From the NCBI RefSeq assembly GCF_000015945.1, contig NC_009033.1, forward strand, positions 1,470,001 to 1,502,000: a DNA stretch of 32,000 nt, in the 5' to 3' direction. A model generated the notes under the pieces. The model was given only the letters and a program-made list of their open reading frames with translations. It did not search any database and had not been told where the DNA came from. A program made the translations under genes and the position numbers. This document shows positions 27,126 to 32,000 of this stretch, piece after piece (the stretch's first letter is position 1; every line of letters begins with the position of its first letter). Source of the stretch: Staphylothermus marinus F1 (GTDB lineage Archaea > Thermoproteota > Thermoprotei_A > Sulfolobales > Desulfurococcaceae).

Positions 27126-27316
27126 ACCTATCACGTCTCTGTCTAGTATTAATCCATTTTTTAGTTTGTTTTAGAGTAACAGTGTGGGGCCGACAAGTCT
27201 ACCTCATACTCGGATGACTTGTCGCTTGGTTGAGTGCCTCGGGAGTGCTAGTCAATATCCGGGTATATTATTTACTGTTTTATCGACTGTTTTGGCTTCT
27301 CGGCGTGTAGCGAATG

Positions 27317-27730
27317 CTAGGTTACTACTAGCTCTAGCAGGTTCTTGGAGATAGCCAGCTTTAACTTTCTCGCCTTCCTCCTGCCCATGCTCATAGGCTC
27401 ATCCCAGTATAGGAGTGAGTAGGGGCTCCCGTGGATGTAGAGGTTGGTGCCCGCAACTATCCTACCCGAGAACTCGAATACTTTAACTTCGAGGTCCTCG
27501 GTTATTATGCTCTCTAGGCTGAAGGGGCCTATAATACCTGGCGGGAGCTTCCTTTTAGTGGCCTCGACGAACCTAGTTCCATACTCGAGCACTTTGGGGA
27601 GGAGACTCTCCCTTAGCACGAGCGGTATGTTCCCCACGACTACGAAGCTGGGCTCGACTTCCCCCGCCAGGGTTGGGGGCAGCCTCTTGGCCCCGTCGAC
27701 GTTGGATTCATACCTTATGTCGGCTCCCAA
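27317..27730 (-). pseudogene. purP: C-terminal fragment of PurP (FAICAR synthetase, ATP-grasp)
   Basis: 137-aa ORF with IRYESNVDG...[24 protein letters not shown]...[13 protein letters not shown]...[26 protein letters not shown], resembling the last third of archaeal PurP. The N-terminal roughly 200 aa are absent. It is markedly G+C-rich (35 of 60 in line 27601-27660 by hand count). Confidence 0.6.
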
Positions 27731-27766
27731 GATTTCGAGCCTGCCCAGGATTGGGCTGTAGAAGAA

Positions 27767-28102
27767 GTGATAGTATGCCGGTGTGCCGATAACATACTCC
27801 TGTACAAAGAGAAACGAGACATACTGCTAAACTCTCTTGAAGAATACGTAGGCTCGGCTAAATTTACGAAGCCTAAGGCTGGTATGTTTGTTATGCTATA
27901 TCTTCCAGAAAAAGCTAGTGGAGAAGAGTTCGCATCCAAGCTCATTGACGAATACAAAGTTGCAGTTGTACCAGGAAGACCATTCTATACTGATGGCTCG
28001 GGAGCGAACACGGTAAGACTAAACTTTAGTAGACCATCAAAGAACGATATACGTGAAGCCGTAAAAAGGATTGGCGAATTATATAAAAGGTTGTATAGTT
28101 AA
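27767..28102 (+). pseudogene. C-terminal fragment of a class I/II PLP-dependent aminotransferase
   Basis: [37 protein letters not shown]...VAVVPGRPFYTDGSGANTVRLNFSRPSKNDIREAVKRIGELY matches only the last roughly 100 aa of roughly 400-aa aminotransferases. There is no upstream PLP-lysine region. Confidence 0.6.
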
Positions 28103-28626
28103 TGTTGAGTAGCTAATTCCTAACTCTCAATGCTAGGAGTTGGTGTCTTAGCGCCCTTAATAGGATTCATAGCATATACCGTTATCGGACTAATCATGAC
28201 ATTAATTGGTATATTAGTAATGAATGATTTTGGAAACCCTTATTAAACGATATATATTTCCAACATGACACACCATGGAGAAGAGGCTGATGTCCGAAGC
28301 ATGAACAACTATACTAACACATAGTACATTAACTGGTAATCCTGCATTCCCATGTTAAAATCTAAAAGTTTAAGTAAGCGTTAAGATCTACGATGGCTTC
28401 CATCCTCTGGGTAAATCCTGTGCTCGCTTCAACTATGAATACTTGTAATTAAATATAATTGGTTCCCAGAATAGATACTAATAAGATCATCCAAACACTC
28501 CTATGAGAAGGTATTGTTAGAAGAATATTCTTGTTCAGAAACCTTAGGATTTATAGGTTTACAGGTATGTAAACATATTATTTTAACATATTATTTTTTT
28601 ACTACTACTACATGGGCGACTGACTT

Positions 28627-28857
28627 ATGAGTAGGTATGTTACTGTTTCAGCTAAGGTTAGGAGGGAGCTCTTAGAGGAGGCTAAGCGTTTAAAAATTAA
28701 TGTCTCAGAGCTTATAAGGAGAGCTCTTGAGGAAGAGGTACGTCGCCGTAAACTAATTGATTTGGAGAAGAGGTTGAAGGAGAAGCGTAACGTGCTCGCC
28801 AAGATAGACATCGATGAGATAGTGAGGCTTATTCGGGAGGATAGGGAGGCTAGATAA
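28627..28857 (+). CDS. vapB: VapB-type antitoxin (ribbon-helix-helix-like)
   Basis: 76-aa charged protein (VTVSAKVRRELLEEAKRLKINVSELIRRALEEE). Its stop overlaps the ATG of the PIN gene (TAATG). Confidence 0.75.
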   Translation: MSRYVTVSAKVRRELLEEAKRLKINVSELIRRALEEEVRRRKLIDLEKRLKEKRNVLAKIDIDEIVRLIREDREAR

Positions 28858-29258
28858 TGAAGCCAAGCTATTTGTTTGATGCTTCTAGCCTTGTAAAAGC
28901 GTTGAAAGAAGCTAAACTAGTACCATTAGGTGGACAGGTTTTACAGTGGCTCACAATATACGAGGTTTTAAATGTTTTTTGGGAGGAGTCCTACTTATTA
29001 CATAGACTTAGTATTGAAGAAGCGGTTTCCCTAACAAGAGACTTCACAGATCTAGTCCTGAACATGATTATACTAGAACCTAGGGGTCTAGAACATGATA
29101 TTCTCCAAATAGCGGTTTCAAGGGGTATAACAGCTTATGATGCATCATATATAGCATTAGCTAGGAAACATGGGCTAACACTTGTAACTGAGGACCAGAT
29201 ACTAGCTAAAGCCTCCACTAATATGGTCAAGACAGTGAGTCTAGACGATATCAAGTAG
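28857..29258 (+). CDS. vapC: VapC toxin (PIN-domain ribonuclease)
   Basis: All four PIN acidic positions are present: LFDASS, TIYEVLN, TAYDASYIALA and LVTEDQ. Confidence 0.85.
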   Translation: MKPSYLFDASSLVKALKEAKLVPLGGQVLQWLTIYEVLNVFWEESYLLHRLSIEEAVSLTRDFTDLVLNMIILEPRGLEHDILQIAVSRGITAYDASYIALARKHGLTLVTEDQILAKASTNMVKTVSLDDIK

Positions 29259-29426
29259 TAGTGAATAGGGGGCTCAATCCATATAATACCCCTAATTAAT
29301 TTCTGCACAAACCCGTATACCCTAATAATGGAAACAGGTAATAGTTAAGTGGGCAATTACTACTAGTAAGACTATTTGCTTATTTGGATACTATAATTGT
29401 TTAGAGGAGCTTATTGTTGGGTTCGC

Positions 29427-29434
29427 TTTATAAA
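29427..29434 (+). promoter_or_regulatory. TATA-box-like TTTATAAA upstream of ncRNA copy 3
   Basis: GGGTTCGC-TTTATAAA-CC module. The G+C-rich core (GCAGATGAAGGGC) starts 23 nt after the box, a typical archaeal TATA-to-TSS spacing. Confidence 0.5.
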
Positions 29435-29455
29435 CCATTTATAATTGTTTGTAAA

Positions 29456-29624
29456 ATGCAGATGAAGGGCTCATGGTGGTTTGTGTGGAGCCCCAATAGC
29501 CCCTTCCGTGAAGATGATGAAAACCCAACACAAGAGGGGGAAGCCCGTGCAAGTATCAAAAATAACCAAAATAACCATAGTTTCTAAAAGATAATGCACG
29601 GGCAACCACTGCCTGTTTGTTTTG
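29456..29624 (+). ncRNA. Candidate structured ncRNA, family copy 3
   Basis: GCCCGTGC 29543-29550 pairs with GCACGGGC 29596-29603 around a 45-nt A/U loop. GTGGTT 29476-29481 is complementary to AACCAC 29604-29609. CCCCTTC pairs with GAGGGGG using a U-G wobble that works only in this orientation. T-runs lie at 29616-29623. Confidence 0.55.
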
Positions 29625-29759
29625 GAAACTATGAAAACCATGGTTGTTTTATGAGTTCTTAAACAAAACTCCTACCATGTTATATTATTATTTATTAGTA
29701 TATGGTCTTGGCTTAGATTTTTATGAAAATATTGTTTATTTAACAGAAATTATTCTTTC

Positions 29760-30181
29760 CTATAGACAGGTTCTTATTCCTAACTTATCAGCTGCGATAT
29801 GTTGTCTAGTATCAAAAGTTGCTAGGCAGGCGTTGTATTGTTGAGCTAAGGCTAGGTATAGAGAATCATATATGGTTGCCTTCTCTTTTATAGCTATATC
29901 TAGGGATTTCCCGGCGATCTCATGTGCTGGTATAACTGTGAAACCATTCCATAAAGATAATAGGTCTTTAAAAGCATTCCTAAAAGAACCTAGATCTAAA
30001 TCCTTGACTAAGATGTAGTGCTTCCATAAAGCATTAGGTGATTCATATAATGCAATATTTGATTTACTGTAGCAATTATTTCCCCGCCCCTAATCCATTT
30101 CCGAAACAGTTTTCTAGCAACCTCAGAATTCTCCCCTCCAATAACTAGTTTTACCGTGAAAGAAGCATCTAATACTATCAT
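29760..30181 (-). pseudogene. vapC: Frameshifted vapC (PIN domain)
   Basis: The minus strand reads MIVLDASFTVKLV...GGEIIA in one frame. It continues as ...NIALYESPNALWKHY...TIYDSLYLALA...LATFDTRQ in another frame, with the shift near 30065-30080. The track ORF 29644..29844 (+) is its antisense shadow. Confidence 0.7.
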
Positions 30182-30400
30182 CTACTATCCCTATCCTCTC
30201 TAATAAGCCTGGTAGAATCTATTCTAACCCTCCTCTTCCCAGCCCTAACACTTATTTCTTCAAAACCTCCAACAACCCGCATCTCTTAATTCTGTCCTCA
30301 ATAAAACTTTCTATCTCCCTACTCTTCAATCAATATATGCCTTCTCCATCTTCTCCTTTAACTCCTTGGGAACCCTGATCGTTAATATTTTAGAGCCCAT
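30178..30400 (-). pseudogene. vapB: Frameshifted vapB-type antitoxin
   Basis: From the ATG at 30400 it reads MGSKILTIRVPKELKEKMEKAYID, then a TGA at 30326-30328. Homology to the intact VapB at 28627 continues in two other frames and ends ...IDSTRLIREDRDSR*. The ATGA overlap with the PIN start is preserved. Confidence 0.65.
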
Positions 30401-30577
30401 ATAGTACAACATGTAATACAGTCATGTAATATAGAGATACAAGGCTTATCAGAAAGTAACATACAATGATAAGTCCTTGAGAACACTCCCAGACTTATGA
30501 GAGCTATCTTATACTACTCTTCCTATCCTATATTTATAAAAGGGGCTGGTAATAGTGTTTGAATAGACCCTGACGCT

Positions 30578-31147
30578 TTGTGGGGAGGAGCGGTATTGGT
30601 TTATGCGACTGTTGTGCCTAGAAGGTTTATACTAGAATCTGGGAGAGTTGTTACTCTTGAAGCATGGGAGGTTGAGGAGAAGCTCACTAGAAGCACATTG
30701 TTCATGCTCTGGGCCCCCGATGTTGAGAAGGTGTATAAGTATCTCGTTCAAGAGCAGGGGTTTGAGCCTGCTATTCCCTCCACTCCTAAGGGGGAGAAGT
30801 ATGGGTTGAGACGCGTCCTTGACCAAGTATGGGAGCTCCACCTCAGGCTATACAGTAATGGCTTCATAGAGGCTGAGGTGGAGGTTAGGAGGGATTTCTT
30901 GGAGCACCTCCAGCCTAGGAGGCTTAACGTGGTCTACGAGGCATATGAGTACTATAGGGGGGTCTACGATAAACTCCATATATGGTACACTCCAGAGAAG
31001 GAATGGATCACGAGGATAATAGACCACTTCAACGTCAAGCTAAGAGACCCCGAAACACTAACCCCCTGGAAACCAATAGTTCTAGGAATAGTTACAACCG
31101 GACTATTCATCTACGCTCTCTCAAGACTCACAAGAGGGAGAGTGTAG
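30578..31147 (+). CDS. Hypothetical protein with a C-terminal membrane anchor
   Basis: 189-aa ORF ending in the TM helix PIVLGIVTTGLFIYALSRL. It is G+C-richer than the surroundings (29 of 60 in line 30841-30900 by hand count). Its stop overlaps the GTG of the following PaREP1 gene. The start (TTG at 30578) is uncertain. Confidence 0.45.
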   Translation: MWGGAVLVYATVVPRRFILESGRVVTLEAWEVEEKLTRSTLFMLWAPDVEKVYKYLVQEQGFEPAIPSTPKGEKYGLRRVLDQVWELHLRLYSNGFIEAEVEVRRDFLEHLQPRRLNVVYEAYEYYRGVYDKLHIWYTPEKEWITRIIDHFNVKLRDPETLTPWKPIVLGIVTTGLFIYALSRLTRGRV

Positions 31148-31545
31148 TGGGTGAGGCTCCAGCAACTCATATAGAGAATCTAAGGAAATGGTTTAGAGAG
31201 GCATTAGAACTACTCGAGAAGGGGGATGCAGTTCAGGGTTCAGAGAAGCTCTACAAGATCGCCGAGGCAGCAATAAAGATACTGGCTAAAGTGAAGCAAA
31301 TACCAGAATATGAGAAGGCTCAAAGAGAAGATAGATGGTGGCCAAGACTGCTACAACGAGCCGCGAGAAGGCTTAGCGAAATCTATGGTAAAGAAGTCCT
31401 AGACGCTTGGAACACAGCATATCACCGTCTCCATATAGATGGCTTCCACGAAGAGAGGCTTTCAGCGGAGGAAGTGTTGGAAGAGGCATATATAATAGAA
31501 GACCTCGTCAAGCTTGTGGAGAGGGAGGCAGGAAATAATAGGTAA
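31147..31545 (+). CDS. PaREP1-family protein
   Basis: REALELLEKGDAVQGSEKLYKIAEAAIKILA is the PaREP1 signature. I start it at the GTG at 31147 (TAGTG overlap). The track ORF from 30982 would run through the preceding gene in another frame. Confidence 0.7.
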   Translation: MGEAPATHIENLRKWFREALELLEKGDAVQGSEKLYKIAEAAIKILAKVKQIPEYEKAQREDRWWPRLLQRAARRLSEIYGKEVLDAWNTAYHRLHIDGFHEERLSAEEVLEEAYIIEDLVKLVEREAGNNR

Positions 31546-31701
31546 AACCGATAATTGAGCCTCCCCAAGTAAAAGCACTGTGTAAATAATAGTGAGCAAT
31601 GATTATACTTGGCTATGGCTGGCAGTCATCATATTATCTGCTTTCAGAGCACTTCTACTCTTCCCTAATTATACTTATGCATATAGTTGTAGATGAATAT
31701 C

Positions 31702-32000
31702 TTAATCAACTAGATGAGTTAGTTCTATCCAGTACTTAGAAGCATCTCTTAACACAATACTCTTGTTTATTCTCTCATAGAATTCCTCACTAGTATATGG
31801 GAGTACTTCTATGAATGGGGTGATGTTTTTTATGAAGATAATCTTGTTGATTATGTCAAGCCTCTTTGAGAAGGGAATGTTCTTGAAGTCTCTAGAAACT
31901 ATTATTAAATCTATATCACTCGTTTTAAGCCATGTACCCTTTGCATAGCTTCCAAACAATATGATTCTATCTATTCTAAACCCTTCTCTCTGGATAGAGT
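31702..32000 (-). CDS. Minimal nucleotidyltransferase (MNT / Pol-beta superfamily), 5' end beyond the window
   Basis: LFGSYAKGTWLKTSDIDLIIV carries the GS...DxD motif. The frame stays open upstream of the track ATG (…SIQREGFRIDRIILFGSYAKG) to the window edge. Confidence 0.75.
   Translation of the reverse strand, partial: SIQREGFRIDRIILFGSYAKGTWLKTSDIDLIIVSRDFKNIPFSKRLDIINKIIFIKNITPFIEVLPYTSEEFYERINKSIVLRDASKYWIELTHLVD

Larger units (their letters stand above)
29369..29653 (+). repeat. Dispersed unit, copy 3
   Basis: AGACTATTTGCTTATTTGGATACTATAATTG starts at 29369. The unit aligns with copies 1 and 2 through to ...CATGGTTGTTTTAT at about 29652. Confidence 0.85.

Noticed and set aside
28130-28246. 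38-codon hydrophobic ORF (MLGVGVLAPLIGFIAYTVIGLIMTLIGILVMNDFGNPY) after the aminotransferase fragment. Its 3' end contains TTTTGGAAACCC.
   Set aside because: It is too short, has no convincing ribosome-binding or promoter context, and shows no conservation I can evaluate. It may be a remnant of a membrane-protein gene in this decayed region.
28298-28309. A 12-nt identity (AGCATGAACAAC) between 7116-7127, next to ncRNA copy 1, and 28298-28309. It comes with CACACCATG shared between 28270-28278 and 12577-12585, hinting at a further degraded unit around 28230-28330.
   Set aside because: The order and orientation of the short matches are inconsistent with the unit layout, and no core or promoter module is present. 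This could be chance in A+T-rich DNA.
29644-29844. Track ORF of 66 aa on the plus strand after ncRNA copy 3
   Set aside because: Its distal part is the antisense of the C-terminal half of the frameshifted PIN (vapC) pseudogene on the minus strand, which has clear PIN motifs.
31420-31450. An R-x6-H spacing (RLHIDGFH) in the second PaREP1 protein, which could be read as a HEPN RNase motif
   Set aside because: The aligned position in the paralog at 24551-25069 reads GMHTCFYE, with no Arg. The motif is therefore not conserved even within this window, and I make no catalytic claim.
1-32000. Search by eye for CRISPR arrays, rRNA and tRNA genes
   Set aside because: I saw no regularly spaced direct repeats and no rRNA-like conserved blocks. 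The only G+C islands are the four repeat-unit cores and the 27.14-27.76 kb patch, and none has a tRNA cloverleaf or a GTTCRANYC T-loop. A tRNAscan or Infernal run would be needed to exclude these formally.

Overview
The window is A+T-rich (about one third G+C by eye) and looks archaeal, most like a hyperthermophilic crenarchaeon. Supporting signs are PaREP1 paralogs, TTTATAAA TATA boxes, tightly overlapping genes, and GTG/TTG starts. The organism assignment is inference only.

Positions 1-26.8 kb are mostly ordinary chromosome:
- Tfx-like regulator
- Membrane subunits of a Na+-translocating decarboxylase
- DppA
- A TrmB-like / small ORF / radical-SAM operon
- MetRS
- A sugar and amino-sugar neighbourhood: alpha/beta hydrolase, ROK kinase, GHL6-like hydrolase, Ntn asparaginase-family protein, methyltransferase, GH130-like protein, a GlmS-like protein with a degenerate glutaminase site, and NagA
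- A GltP-type symporter

Positions 26.8-32 kb are a decayed accessory island. It holds two gene fragments (PurP and an aminotransferase) in a G+C-rich patch, one intact and one frameshifted VapBC module, a G+C-rich two-gene PaREP1 cassette, and a minimal nucleotidyltransferase.

The most striking signal is non-coding. A roughly 290-nt unit occurs three times (7150-7468 minus, 12301-12590 plus, 29369-29653 plus). A divergent fourth version lies at 26950-27125 (minus), and a solo left-end fragment at 24317-24380. Each full unit carries its own BRE/TATA-like box followed by a sharply bounded G+C-rich core with conserved helices. In the divergent version the helices are replaced by different but still complementary sequences, and a loop-to-tail pairing is replaced in the same way. 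That argues for a conserved RNA (or single-stranded DNA) fold.

I do not recognise this element as any standard RNA class. I propose it as a candidate new structured ncRNA / RNA-bearing mobile element family. I saw no rRNA, tRNA or CRISPR array.
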